Shown here in pieces: positions 1 to 9,069 of a stretch of 64,000 nucleotides of DNA. The notes under the pieces are model-generated. The model had not been told where the DNA came from, did not search any database, and was given only the letters and a program-made list of their open reading frames with translations. Every line of letters starts with the position of its first letter. Within the stretch, counting starts at the first letter, position 1. The position numbers were made by a program, and so were the translations under genes. Source of the stretch: Acidimicrobiales bacterium (lineage in GTDB: Bacteria; Actinomycetota; Acidimicrobiia; Acidimicrobiales; VFJN01); contig DATFOS010000172.1 of the NCBI GenBank assembly GCA_035265325.1, positions 5,653 through 69,652 of the forward strand, in the 5' to 3' direction.

Positions 1-270
1 TGCATCGCCGCCTGCCCGCCGGACGTGCTCGTCATGTCCGAGGACGTCAACGCCATGGGCTACCGCTTCCCGCTGCTGCTCCCGGGCTGCACGGGGTGCC
101 GGGCGTGCCATGCGGTGTGCCCGGACTTCGTGTTCTCGGTCTTCAAGTACGTCGAGCCGGTGTGGCTGCCGACCGACGGGGTGGCCGACGACCAGGGTGA
201 CGACAGGGCCGCTGACACCGCGGACGACACGGCCGGTGACACGGCCGACGACCGGGAGGAGCCCGCGTGA
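1..270 (+). CDS. 4Fe-4S ferredoxin-type delta subunit of a 2-oxoacid:ferredoxin oxidoreductase (5' end cut by window edge)
   Basis: Frame 1 reads CIAACP from base 1 and CTGCRACHAVCP later, i.e. two CxxCxxCxxxCP cluster motifs. Acidic D/T/A-rich tail. GTGA overlap with the next gene. Confidence 0.8.
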   Translation, partial: CIAACPPDVLVMSEDVNAMGYRFPLLLPGCTGCRACHAVCPDFVFSVFKYVEPVWLPTDGVADDQGDDRAADTADDTAGDTADDREEPA

Positions 271-1361
271 CGGCGACCCTGCAGCAGGGCAGCGCGGCGG
301 TGGCCGAGGCGGCCGTCGTCGCCGGGTGCCGGTTCTTCGCCGGCTACCCGATGCTGCCCTTCACCGACCTGCTCGAGCACATGGCCCGCCGCCTGCCCCA
401 GGTGGGCGGCACGTGCATGAACGCCGAGACCGAGATCGAGGGCGTGAACATGGTGCTCGGCGCGGCCGCCGCCGGGGCCCGGGCCGCGACCGGCTCGTGC
501 GGCCAGGGCATCGCCCTGATGCAGGAGACGATCGCGGAGGCCGCCCTCAACGAGGTGCCGTTCGTGGTGTTCAACATGGCGCGGGGCCAGCAGGACTACT
601 TCCAGTGCACCCGGGGCGGCGGCTGGGGCGACTACCGCACGATCACGCTGGCCCCCAAGGACGTCACCGAGGCGGTCGAGCACACGCAGCTGCTGTTCCA
701 TCTCGCCGACCTGTACCGGGCGCCCACGGTCCTCTACGGCGACTACCTGGTGGCCCACACGTGGATGGGCGTCGAGGTGGCGCAGCGCGAGTTCGGCCCG
801 CTCCCGCCCAAGGACTGGGCGCTCGACGGCAGCCGGGGCGGCACCGGCCGGTCGCGCCAGGTCTGGACCTGGGCCATGGGCCGCGACGACGCCCCCGGGC
901 CCGGCCCGGACGCCCACTGGCGGGCGGTGGCCGAGAAGTTCGACGCCATCGCCGCCGCCGAGGCCCGCCACGAGGCCCACCTGACCGAGGACGCCGAGCA
1001 CCTCATCGTCTCCTTCGGCTCCTCGGCACCCTTCGTCGAGCACGTGGTGGACGAGCTGCGCGAGGAGGGCCACCGCGTCGGCGCCTTCCGCCCGGTCACG
1101 CTGTGGCCGTTCCCCGAGGCCGCGCTGGCCGAGGCCGCCGAGGGCTGCCGCTCGGTGCTCGTGTTCGAGGTCAACGCCGGGCAGATGATCGACGACGTCC
1201 GCCTCGCCCTCGCCGGCCGCTGCCCCGTCGTGCCGATCGGCGGCGTGAGCATCGACGACAGCGGCATGCGCCAGGGCTCGGTCCTCGGCGCGGCCTCGAT
1301 CCGCGAGCGCGCCCTGGCCGCCATGGCCCGCCACCCCGCCCCCGCAGGAGGCACCCGATGA
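267..1361 (+). CDS. 2-oxoacid:ferredoxin oxidoreductase alpha subunit
   Basis: 364-aa ORF with ordinary composition. N-terminal GSAAVAEAAVVAGCRFFAGYPMLP and EIEGVNMVLGAAAAGARA resemble POR/KOR alpha subunits. GGGAGGA lies upstream. Start and stop overlap both neighbours. Confidence 0.85.
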   Translation: MTATLQQGSAAVAEAAVVAGCRFFAGYPMLPFTDLLEHMARRLPQVGGTCMNAETEIEGVNMVLGAAAAGARAATGSCGQGIALMQETIAEAALNEVPFVVFNMARGQQDYFQCTRGGGWGDYRTITLAPKDVTEAVEHTQLLFHLADLYRAPTVLYGDYLVAHTWMGVEVAQREFGPLPPKDWALDGSRGGTGRSRQVWTWAMGRDDAPGPGPDAHWRAVAEKFDAIAAAEARHEAHLTEDAEHLIVSFGSSAPFVEHVVDELREEGHRVGAFRPVTLWPFPEAALAEAAEGCRSVLVFEVNAGQMIDDVRLALAGRCPVVPIGGVSIDDSGMRQGSVLGAASIRERALAAMARHPAPAGGTR

Positions 1362-2155
1362 CCGGCTTCGTCCCCACCGACGCCCCGCCGGAACGACCGT
1401 CGCTCCAGGTGGCGTCGACCTCGGCGCCGCTCCAGGTCAGCGAGGACCACCACCTCTGCCCGGGCTGCGGCCACCCGGTCGCCTGGCGCATCCTGCTGGA
1501 GGCGATCGACGAGCTGGCCATGGCCCAGCGGGCCATCGGCGTGGTCGGCCACGGCTGCTACACGAACATCGTCCGCCTCGCCGACATCGACTGGCTCCAG
1601 TGCCTGCACGGCCGGGCGCCGGCCGTCGCCACCGGCGTCAAGCGGGTGCACCCCGACGTGGGCGTGTTCACCCTGCAGGGCGACGGCGACATGGCGAGCG
1701 AGGGCCTGGCCGAGGTGCTGCACGCCGCCGCCCGCGGCGAGCGCATCACGGCGATCATGCTGAACAACGGGGTGTTCGGCGACACCGGCGGCCAGATGAC
1801 GGCGGCCAGCGTCGTCGGCCAGCGGACCAAGACCAGCCTGGAGGGCCGCGACCCCGCCGCCCACGGCTACCCCGTGCCCGTCGCCGACCTCGTCGCCCGC
1901 CTGCCCGGCACCGCCTACGTGGCCCGGGGCGCCGTCAACAACGCCGGCTCGGTGGCCAAGACCAAGCGCTACCTCAAGCGCGCCCTGGAGCTGCAGCTCG
2001 AGGGCGCCGGTTTCACGTTCGTGGAGGTCCTCACCATGTGCCCGACCGGCTGGTTCGTCCCCACCGCAGCGGGGCCGGACTACCTGTCCGAGACGTTCGA
2101 GCGGACGTTCCCCGTCGGCGAGCTGCACACGGACGCACCCGGGGCTGGTGGCTGA
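1358..2155 (+). CDS. 2-oxoacid:ferredoxin oxidoreductase beta subunit (TPP-binding)
   Basis: TPP motif GDGD...NNGVFGDTGGQ and Cys ligands CPGCGH, GCYT, MCPTGW. Internal ATG 1358 was chosen because the upstream part of ORF 110..2155 is Arg/Pro shadow. ATGA overlap with the alpha subunit. Confidence 0.85.
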   Translation: MTGFVPTDAPPERPSLQVASTSAPLQVSEDHHLCPGCGHPVAWRILLEAIDELAMAQRAIGVVGHGCYTNIVRLADIDWLQCLHGRAPAVATGVKRVHPDVGVFTLQGDGDMASEGLAEVLHAAARGERITAIMLNNGVFGDTGGQMTAASVVGQRTKTSLEGRDPAAHGYPVPVADLVARLPGTAYVARGAVNNAGSVAKTKRYLKRALELQLEGAGFTFVEVLTMCPTGWFVPTAAGPDYLSETFERTFPVGELHTDAPGAGG

Positions 2156-3092
2156 CGTGGCGTCCCCGCTGACCGGCGAGAAGATCCTCGTCACCGGCCT
2201 CACCGGCCAGGTGGCCCGGCCGATCGCCCTGGCCCTGGCCCGCGACAACGAGGTGTGGGGGGCGGCCCGCTTCCGCTCGCGCCGCACCCGCGCCGCCCTC
2301 GAGGACGCCGGCGTGCGCTGCGTCGCCGTCGATTTGGAGGAGGGCGACCTGTCCGCCATCCCCGACGACGTGACCGTGCTGCTCAACTTCGCGGTGGCCC
2401 ACACCCAGGACTGGGACCGCGACCTGGCGCTCAACGCCGAGGCCGCCGGCCTCCTGATGGCCCACTGCCGCGGCGCCCGGGCCATGCTCCACTGCTCGAG
2501 CACGGGCGTCTACGCCCCGGCCGGCGAGCACCTGCTGGTCGAGACCGACCCGCTGGGCGACAGCCACGCCTCCATCGGCCTCGTCACCTACAGCATCACG
2601 AAGATCGCCGCCGAGGCGGTGGTGCGCCAGGCCGCCCGGGCCTTCGGGCTGCCGACGACGATCGCCCGCCTCAACGTGCCCTATGGGGACGACCTCGGCT
2701 GGCCCGCCATGCACCTGGAGATGATGCTCGCCGGGCAGCCGGTCGACCTGCGCACCGAGGACCCGTGCTGCTACACGCCGATCCACGTCGACGACCTCGT
2801 CGCGCAGCTGCCGGCGCTGCTCGACGCCGCCTCGGTCCCGGCCACGGTCGTGAACTGGGCCGGCTCGGAGGTCGTGTCCGTCGAGGAGTGGTGCCGTTGG
2901 TTCGGCGAGCTGACCGGCGTCGAGCCCACGTTCACGCGCACCGACGCCGCGCTCCCGGGCGTGGCGGCCGACACCACCAAGCTGGCCGGCATCGCCGGGA
3001 CCAACGCCATCGGGTGGCGAGACGGGTTCCGGCGCATGGTCGCCACGATGCACCCCGAGCGGCTCGCCGCGGCCCCCGAGCCGGCGGGATGA
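2148..3092 (+). CDS. NAD-dependent epimerase/dehydratase family protein
   Basis: Rossmann motif VTGLTGQVA and YSITK (YxxxK). The start is GTG 2148 or GTG 2157. Confidence 0.8.
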   Translation: MADVASPLTGEKILVTGLTGQVARPIALALARDNEVWGAARFRSRRTRAALEDAGVRCVAVDLEEGDLSAIPDDVTVLLNFAVAHTQDWDRDLALNAEAAGLLMAHCRGARAMLHCSSTGVYAPAGEHLLVETDPLGDSHASIGLVTYSITKIAAEAVVRQAARAFGLPTTIARLNVPYGDDLGWPAMHLEMMLAGQPVDLRTEDPCCYTPIHVDDLVAQLPALLDAASVPATVVNWAGSEVVSVEEWCRWFGELTGVEPTFTRTDAALPGVAADTTKLAGIAGTNAIGWRDGFRRMVATMHPERLAAAPEPAG

Positions 3093-3105
3093 CTGCGGGA
3101 GCGCC

Positions 3106-3555
3106 GTGCTGAGCCTGCAGGAGGTCTCCGACCGGCTCGAGCTGGAGGACCTCGTGCACGCCTACAGCCACGCCGTCGACGCCCGGGACTGGGACGCGCT
3201 CGACGAGCTCTTCACCCCCGACGCCACCATCGATTACACCGAGATGGGCGGCCCCCGGGGCGACCTGGCCTCGACCAAGGCGTTCCTCGCCGAGGTCATG
3301 CCGCTGATGACCAGCACGCAGCACCTCGTCGCCACCAGCCGCTTCGTCGTCGACGGCGATTCGGCGACCGGCCGCAGCATCTGCTTCAACCCCATGGCGG
3401 TCGAGGTGGCGGGCGCGCCCCACACCTTCTTCTGCGGGCTCTGGTACCGCGACACGTTCGTGCGCACAGCCGCCGGCTGGCGCTTCGCCGACCGTTACGA
3501 GGAGCGCTCGTACGTCCACAACCCCCCGCCGGGGTTCCCGGCTGCCGAGGGGTGA
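3106..3555 (+). CDS. SnoaL-like (NTF2 superfamily) protein
   Basis: 149 aa. The pattern LEDLVHAYSHAVDARDWDALDELFTPDA is typical of SnoaL_4 / NTF2-like proteins. GGGAG RBS upstream. Confidence 0.75.
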   Translation: MLSLQEVSDRLELEDLVHAYSHAVDARDWDALDELFTPDATIDYTEMGGPRGDLASTKAFLAEVMPLMTSTQHLVATSRFVVDGDSATGRSICFNPMAVEVAGAPHTFFCGLWYRDTFVRTAAGWRFADRYEERSYVHNPPPGFPAAEG

Positions 3556-3637
3556 GGGCGCACGTGTCGACCAGTGGGACGGGGCGCGGGCGCGACGCCC
3601 GGCTCGCGAGCAAGGTGGGGCCCGGAAGGGGGCGCAC

Positions 3638-4135
3638 GTGGACGTCACGGACCTGGTCGAGCTCCGGGCCATCGAGCAGCTGAAGTACCGCTACCTGCGC
3701 TGCGTGGACCTGCGCCTCTGGGACGAGCTGGCCGACACGCTCACCGAGGACGCCACCGCCAGCTACGGCGGCGGCACGATGACGCCCGAGGGGCGCGACG
3801 AGATCGTGGAGTTCCTGCGCAGCCGGCTCCCCACGCAGATCGTCACCAGCCACACCTGCCACCACCCCGAGCTCGACCTCACCGGGGCGGGCGAGGCCAC
3901 CGGCAGGTGGGCGCTGAACGACGTCGTCATCGACCAGCGCTTCGACATCACGATCCGGGGCGCCGCCTACTACGAGGACCGCTACGTCAAGCAGGACGGC
4001 ACCTGGCGCATCGCCCACACCGCCTACAAGCGGGTGTACGAGGAGCTGGAGCCGCGCCGCAAGCCGGACGACGGCGGCCCGACGATGACGGCCCACTGGT
4101 GGGACACCGACGGCCGCTCGAGCATCCAGGCGTGA
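3638..4135 (+). CDS. SnoaL-like (NTF2 superfamily) protein
   Basis: 165 aa. IEQLKYRYLRCVDLRLWDELADTLTEDA; second NTF2/SnoaL-like protein after 3106..3555. GTGA overlap with the next SDR. Confidence 0.75.
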   Translation: MDVTDLVELRAIEQLKYRYLRCVDLRLWDELADTLTEDATASYGGGTMTPEGRDEIVEFLRSRLPTQIVTSHTCHHPELDLTGAGEATGRWALNDVVIDQRFDITIRGAAYYEDRYVKQDGTWRIAHTAYKRVYEELEPRRKPDDGGPTMTAHWWDTDGRSSIQA

Positions 4136-4905
4136 CGACCCCGTCGCTGGTACCCGAGCGCTTCGCCGGCCGGGTCGCGCTGGTCACGGGCGCCGCCTCC
4201 GGCATCGGGCGGGCGACCGCCCTGCGCCTTGCCGCCGAGGGGGCGGACGTGCTCGCCCACGACGTGGCCGCCGACGGGCTCGCCACGCTGGCGGACGAGG
4301 CGAAGGGCCTCGACGGCGCGGTCACGACGCGGGCGGGCGACCTGTCCGACCCGGCGGAGTGCCGGGCCGCCGTCGCCGCCTGCGTCGCCGCCCACGGCCG
4401 GCTCGACGTCCTCGCCAACGTGGCGGGCATCGCCCGCGCCGACCACCTCGCCGACGTCGAGGAGGCGGCGTACCGCCGGATGATGGCGGTCAACGTCGAC
4501 GCCCCGTTCTTCCTGTGCCAGGCCGCGCTCCCCCACCTGCGAGAGTCCGGCGGCAACGTCGTGAACATCGCCTCCAACGCCGGGCTCACCGGCACCGCCT
4601 ATACGGTCGTCTACTCGATGACGAAGGGCGCCGTGGTGCAGCTGACCCGCTCGCTGGCCATGGAGCTGCTCAAGACCCCGGTGCGGGTCAACGCCATCGC
4701 CCCGGGCATGGTCTCGACCGCCCTGGTGCACGGCTTCCAGATGCCGGCCGACGTCGACGGCGACCTGGTGGGCCGCTACATGAGCCCGCGCCCCATGGCC
4801 ACGCCCGACGACATCGCCGCCCTGCTCGCCTTCGTCGCGTCCGACGACGGGCGCAACGTCCACGGGGCGATCCTGTCCAGCGACGCCGGCCTCACCGCCG
4901 GCTGA
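4132..4905 (+). CDS. short-chain dehydrogenase/reductase (SDR)
   Basis: TGAASGIG cofactor motif, NVAG, YSMTK catalytic YxxxK. Internal GTG start of ORF 3574..4905. Confidence 0.85.
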   Translation: MTTPSLVPERFAGRVALVTGAASGIGRATALRLAAEGADVLAHDVAADGLATLADEAKGLDGAVTTRAGDLSDPAECRAAVAACVAAHGRLDVLANVAGIARADHLADVEEAAYRRMMAVNVDAPFFLCQAALPHLRESGGNVVNIASNAGLTGTAYTVVYSMTKGAVVQLTRSLAMELLKTPVRVNAIAPGMVSTALVHGFQMPADVDGDLVGRYMSPRPMATPDDIAALLAFVASDDGRNVHGAILSSDAGLTAG

Positions 4906-4916
4906 GGAGACGACGC

Positions 4917-5702
4917 ATGCTGCTCGACCGCTTCCGCCTCGACGGGAGGGCCGCCATCGTCACGGCGGCCAGCCGCGGCATCGGCGCCGCCAGCGCCCGG
5001 GGCCTCGCCGAGCTGGGTGCCGACGTGGTGATCGCCGCCCGCGGCGAGGAGGCGCTGGAGGCGGTCGCCGCCGACGTGCGGGCTCTCGGCCGCAAGGCCG
5101 AGGTGGTGGCGTGCGACCTCGCCGACCTCGACGCCATCGCCGGCCTGGTGGAGCGCTGCCGCGCCAGCTACGGCCGCGTCGACGTCGTCGTCAACAACCT
5201 CGGCGGCTCGTACCCCCGGCCGTTCCTCAACACCTCGCCCCGGTTCCTCGAGGAGGCCTTCCACTTCAACGTGTCGACGGCCCTCGCCCTCAGTCGGGCC
5301 GCCGTCCCCGTGATGCTCGACGGCGGGGGCGGGTCGATCGTCAACATCACGTCGGCGCTGGGCCGACTGCGCGAGCGGGGCTACCTCGCCTACGCCACCG
5401 CCAAGGGCGCGCTCGCCCACATGACCCGGCAGATGGCCGCCGACCTGGCGCCGCGCGTGCGGGTCAACGCGGTGGCGCCCGGCGCCGTCGAGACGGAGGC
5501 CCTCGGCACGATGCTGAACGACGACATGCGGGCCACGATGCTGGAGCTCACGCCCCTGCGCCGCCTGGGCACGCCGGAGGACATCGCCCTCGCCGTGGCC
5601 TACCTGGCCTCGGACGCCGGCAGCTACGTGACCGGCAAGGTGCTCGAGCTGGACGGCGGGATGGAGGCGGCCAACCTGCCGCTCGGGCTGCCCGACCTGT
5701 GA
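4917..5702 (+). CDS. short-chain dehydrogenase/reductase (SDR)
   Basis: TAASRGIG, NNLG, YATAK. GAGGAG RBS lies just upstream of ATG 4917. Confidence 0.85.
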   Translation: MLLDRFRLDGRAAIVTAASRGIGAASARGLAELGADVVIAARGEEALEAVAADVRALGRKAEVVACDLADLDAIAGLVERCRASYGRVDVVVNNLGGSYPRPFLNTSPRFLEEAFHFNVSTALALSRAAVPVMLDGGGGSIVNITSALGRLRERGYLAYATAKGALAHMTRQMAADLAPRVRVNAVAPGAVETEALGTMLNDDMRATMLELTPLRRLGTPEDIALAVAYLASDAGSYVTGKVLELDGGMEAANLPLGLPDL

Positions 5703-5745
5703 CCGCACGCCTGGACGACCGCACGGACGAGCGAGGAGGACGACG

Positions 5746-6624
5746 GTGAGGTTCGCCTACGCCGAGGCCATGGTCGACCCGTCGTTCTGGGCCCCGCTGG
5801 CCCGAGCGGCCGAGGACGCCGGCTACGACGCCATGACCGTGGCCGACAGCATCTGCTATCCGGAGGTCGGCGACTCCCGGTACCCCTACAACCCGGACGG
5901 CTCGCGCGAGTTCCTGGAGGACAAGCCCTTCATCGAGCCGTTCACGCTCATCGCCGCGCTCGGTGCGGTGACGACGCGGCTCGAGTTCGCCACGTTCGTG
6001 CTCAAGGCGCCGGTCCGGCACCCCCTCCTCATTGCCAAGGCCGCGGCCTCGACGGCGGTCATGAACGGCGGCCGCCTGCTCCTCGGCATGGGCGTGAGCC
6101 CCTGGCGGGAGGACTTCCTCGCCACGGGCGTCCCCTGGGAGCGCCGGGGCCGGCGCATGGACGAGACGGTCGAGATCGTGCGGGCCCTGCTGGCCGGCGG
6201 CTACGCGTCGTACCGCGGCGAGGCCTACGACCTGCCGTCGGTGAAGCTGTGCCCGGTGCCGGACGAGCCGGTCCCCCTCCTCATCGGTGGGCATTCCGAG
6301 GCCGCGCTGCGCCGGGCCGCCCGCCTGGGCGACGGGTGGATGCACGCGGGCGGCGGGCCCGAGGCGCTCCCCGACCTGCTGCGCCGCCTGGCCGAGCTGC
6401 GGGACGAGCACGGGCGCGCCGACCAGCCGTTCCGGGTGTTCGCCGCCTCGGTCGACGCGTACTCGGTCGACGGCCTGCGCGCCCTCGAGGAGCAGGGCGT
6501 CACCGACGTGATCGTCGGGTTCCGCTGGCCCTACCAGACCGGCCCCGACACCGAGCCGCTCCAGGCCAAGCTCGACGCCCTCCGCCGCTACGCCGACGAG
6601 GTCATCGCCAAGGCCCGCCCCTGA
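5746..6624 (+). CDS. luciferase-like (LLM) oxidoreductase, probably F420-dependent
   Basis: 292 aa with an LLM-type TIM-barrel pattern (GYDAMTVADS, GRLLLGMGVSPWREDF, LLIGGHSEAALRRAARLGDGW). GAGGAGGA RBS. Confidence 0.8.
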   Translation: MRFAYAEAMVDPSFWAPLARAAEDAGYDAMTVADSICYPEVGDSRYPYNPDGSREFLEDKPFIEPFTLIAALGAVTTRLEFATFVLKAPVRHPLLIAKAAASTAVMNGGRLLLGMGVSPWREDFLATGVPWERRGRRMDETVEIVRALLAGGYASYRGEAYDLPSVKLCPVPDEPVPLLIGGHSEAALRRAARLGDGWMHAGGGPEALPDLLRRLAELRDEHGRADQPFRVFAASVDAYSVDGLRALEEQGVTDVIVGFRWPYQTGPDTEPLQAKLDALRRYADEVIAKARP

Positions 6625-6696
6625 CGGCCGGGCGTCCCGGAGGGCGGGGCGGGGCCGCCGCGCCCCCTCGACAGCGTGGGGGGTGGCCGGTAGAAA

Positions 6697-6710
6697 GAGA
6701 ACGCGTTCCA
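6697..6710. promoter_or_regulatory. KstR-type operator upstream of the fadE26-fadE27-cyp125-echA-kstR operon
   Basis: GAGAACGCGTTCCA matches 13 of 14 positions of TnnAACnnGTTnnA. It sits in a local AT-rich patch (tagaaagagaacgcgttccaatttca). Confidence 0.6.
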
Positions 6711-6736
6711 ATTTCACGCGGGGGGTCGCCCGAGGC

Positions 6737-7918
6737 ATGCGCATCGCCTACACCGAGGAGCACGAGGCGCTCCGGCGCGAACTGCAGGCGTACTTCGCCG
6801 ACCTGATCACGGGCGACGTCGCGGCCGAGCTGGCCAGCGGCGAGGGCGAGTACGGCGGCGGCGACCTGTACCGGCGCCTCGTGAAGCAGATGGGCGACGA
6901 CGGCTGGCTGGGCATCGGCTGGCCGAAGGAGTACGGCGGCCAGGACCGCTCGATGCTCGAGCAGCTCATCTTCACCGACGAGGCCTCCGTGGCCGGCGCC
7001 CCGGTGCCGTTCCTGACCATCAACACTGTCGGGCCCACCCTGATGCACCACGGCACGCCCGAGCAGAAGGCGCGGTTCCTCCCCCGCATCCTGGCGGGCG
7101 ACCTCCACTTCGCGATCGGCTACTCCGAGCCCGACGCCGGCACCGACCTGGCCTCGCTGACCACCCGGGCCGTGCGCGACGGCGACGAGTGGGTCATCAA
7201 CGGCCGGAAGATGTGGACCAGCCTCATCCAGTACGCCGACTACGTGTGGCTGGCCGCCCGCACCGACCCCGAGGCGTCCCGGCACAAGGGGCTCTCGGTC
7301 TTCCTCGTCCCCACCGACGTCGAGGGCTTCTCGTGGACGCCGGTGCCCACGGTGACCGGCACGACCACGAGCCAGACCTTCTACGACGACGTGCGCGTGC
7401 CGGCCGACGCCCTCGTAGGGCCCCTGCACGGCGGCTGGCCCCTCATCACCGGCCAGCTCAACCGCGAGCGGGTGGCGCTGTGCTCGGCCGCCCCGATCCA
7501 GCGGGCGCTGGCCGAGGTCCTGCGCTGGGCCACGCAGACCAAGGCGTCCGACGGGCGCCGGGTCATCGACCACGAGTGGGTGCGGGTCAACCTGGCCAGG
7601 GTCCACGCGAAGGTGGAGTACCTCAAGCTCATCAACTGGAAGATCGCCTGGGGGGTCGACCGCGGCCTGAACCCCGCCGATGCCTCGGCCACCAAGGTCT
7701 TCGGCACCGAGTTCGCCATCGAGGCCTACCGCCTGCTCATGGAGTGCTTCGGTGACGAGGCCGCCGTCGTGGCGGGGTCGCCGGGCGCCGCGGTGCAGGG
7801 CCGCCTGGAGCGGATGTACCGCTCGGCGCTGATCCTCACCTTCGGCGGCGGGACGAACGAGGTGCAACGCGACATCATCTCCATGGTCGCCCTCGGCATG
7901 CCGCGGGCGCCCCGGTAG
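6737..7918 (+). CDS. fadE26: acyl-CoA dehydrogenase, FadE26/ChsE4-like subunit of a heteromeric steroid side-chain ACAD
   Basis: MRIAYTEEHEALRRELQAYF, GWPKEYGGQ, FTDEASVAGAPVPFLTIN, TFGGGTNEVQRDII. Close to my recollection of M. tuberculosis FadE26. A KstR-type operator lies about 26 nt upstream. Confidence 0.8.
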   Translation: MRIAYTEEHEALRRELQAYFADLITGDVAAELASGEGEYGGGDLYRRLVKQMGDDGWLGIGWPKEYGGQDRSMLEQLIFTDEASVAGAPVPFLTINTVGPTLMHHGTPEQKARFLPRILAGDLHFAIGYSEPDAGTDLASLTTRAVRDGDEWVINGRKMWTSLIQYADYVWLAARTDPEASRHKGLSVFLVPTDVEGFSWTPVPTVTGTTTSQTFYDDVRVPADALVGPLHGGWPLITGQLNRERVALCSAAPIQRALAEVLRWATQTKASDGRRVIDHEWVRVNLARVHAKVEYLKLINWKIAWGVDRGLNPADASATKVFGTEFAIEAYRLLMECFGDEAAVVAGSPGAAVQGRLERMYRSALILTFGGGTNEVQRDIISMVALGMPRAPR

Positions 7919-7935
7919 GGCGAGAGGGGACGGAC

Positions 7936-9069
7936 GTGGACTTCTCGTTCACCGAGGAGCAGCAGGAGGTGTCGGCGCTTGCGGCCCGCATCCTCCGCGA
8001 GCTGGTCACGGTCGACCGGCTGCGTGAGGTGGAGGCTGGCCCCGACCGGTTCGACCGGTCCGTGTGGCGGGCGCTGGCCGACGCCGGGCTGCTGGGCATC
8101 GGCCTGCCCGAGGACGTGGGCGGCGGGGGCTACGGGGTGATCGAGCAGTGCCTCGTCCTCGAGCAGGTGGGCCGCACCCTGGCGCCGGTGCCCGTGCTGG
8201 CCTCGATCGCCACGGCGGCCGCCACGATCGCCGAGCACGGCACGCCCGAGCAGCGCACGCTCTGGGCGGCGCCCGCCGCCGACGGCTCGACCGTGCTCAC
8301 CGCCGCCCTGGCCGAGCCGGTCGGCTACGACCCGACGGCGCCCGCCACGACGGCCACGCCCGACGGTGACTGGTGGCGCCTCACCGGCGTCAAGACGACC
8401 GTGCCGTCGGCCCCCGTCGCCGACGCCGTCCTCGTGCCGGCCGCCGTCGAGGGCCGGGCCGCGGTGTTCGTCGTCCCGCTCGACGCCCCCGGCCTGACGC
8501 TGTCGCGCCAGCGGACGACCAACGGCGAGACCGCCGGGCTCCTCGAGCTCGACGGGTGCGCCGTCGGGGCCGACGCCTTGGTGGGCTCGGTCGAGGCCGG
8601 CCCCGCCGTGCTGCGGACGCTGCTGCGCCGGGCGACCCTCGGCCTCTGCGCCCTCCAGCTCGGCGTGACCGCCGAGGCCTTGGCCATCACCTCCCGGTAC
8701 ACGATCGAGCGGGTGCAGTTCGGTCGCCCCATCGCCACGTTCCAGGCGGTCGGGCACCGCTGCGCCGACTGCTACATCGACGTCGAGGCCGTCCGTCTCA
8801 CCCTCTGGCAGGCGGCCTGGGCCATGGCCGAGGGCCTCCCCGCCGACGTCGAGGTCGAGGTGGCCAAGTTCTGGGCCGCCGACGCCGGCCACCGCGTGGC
8901 GCACGCCGCCGTCCACCTGCACGGGGGCATGGGCGTGGCCACCGAGTACCCCGTGCACCGCTACTTCACCTGGGCGAAGCAGGTCGAGCTGTCGCTCGGA
9001 GGAGCGACCGCCCAGCTGCTGCGCCTCGGCGCCGCCCTCGCCGCCGAGCCGGAGACGACATGGACCTGA
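7936..9069 (+). CDS. fadE27: acyl-CoA dehydrogenase family protein, FadE27/ChsE5-like partner subunit
   Basis: ACAD fold ([38 protein letters not shown]), immediately after the fadE26-like gene as in alpha2beta2 steroid ACAD pairs. Confidence 0.7.
   Translation: MDFSFTEEQQEVSALAARILRELVTVDRLREVEAGPDRFDRSVWRALADAGLLGIGLPEDVGGGGYGVIEQCLVLEQVGRTLAPVPVLASIATAAATIAEHGTPEQRTLWAAPAADGSTVLTAALAEPVGYDPTAPATTATPDGDWWRLTGVKTTVPSAPVADAVLVPAAVEGRAAVFVVPLDAPGLTLSRQRTTNGETAGLLELDGCAVGADALVGSVEAGPAVLRTLLRRATLGLCALQLGVTAEALAITSRYTIERVQFGRPIATFQAVGHRCADCYIDVEAVRLTLWQAAWAMAEGLPADVEVEVAKFWAADAGHRVAHAAVHLHGGMGVATEYPVHRYFTWAKQVELSLGGATAQLLRLGAALAAEPETTWT

Noticed and set aside
181-270. Acidic repetitive tail (DDQGDDRAADTADDTAGDTADDREE) of the ferredoxin subunit.
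   Set aside because: This is a low-complexity C-terminal extension in frame with a well-supported gene. There is no evidence of independent function, so it is only noted.
3556-3640. Direct repeat GGGCGCACGTG just after the first SnoaL gene (3556-3566) and overlapping the start of the second (3630-3640).
   Set aside because: It could be a duplication scar or an E-box-like site. An 11-mer of this composition recurring within 80 nt of GC-rich DNA is weak evidence, and no partner motif was seen elsewhere.
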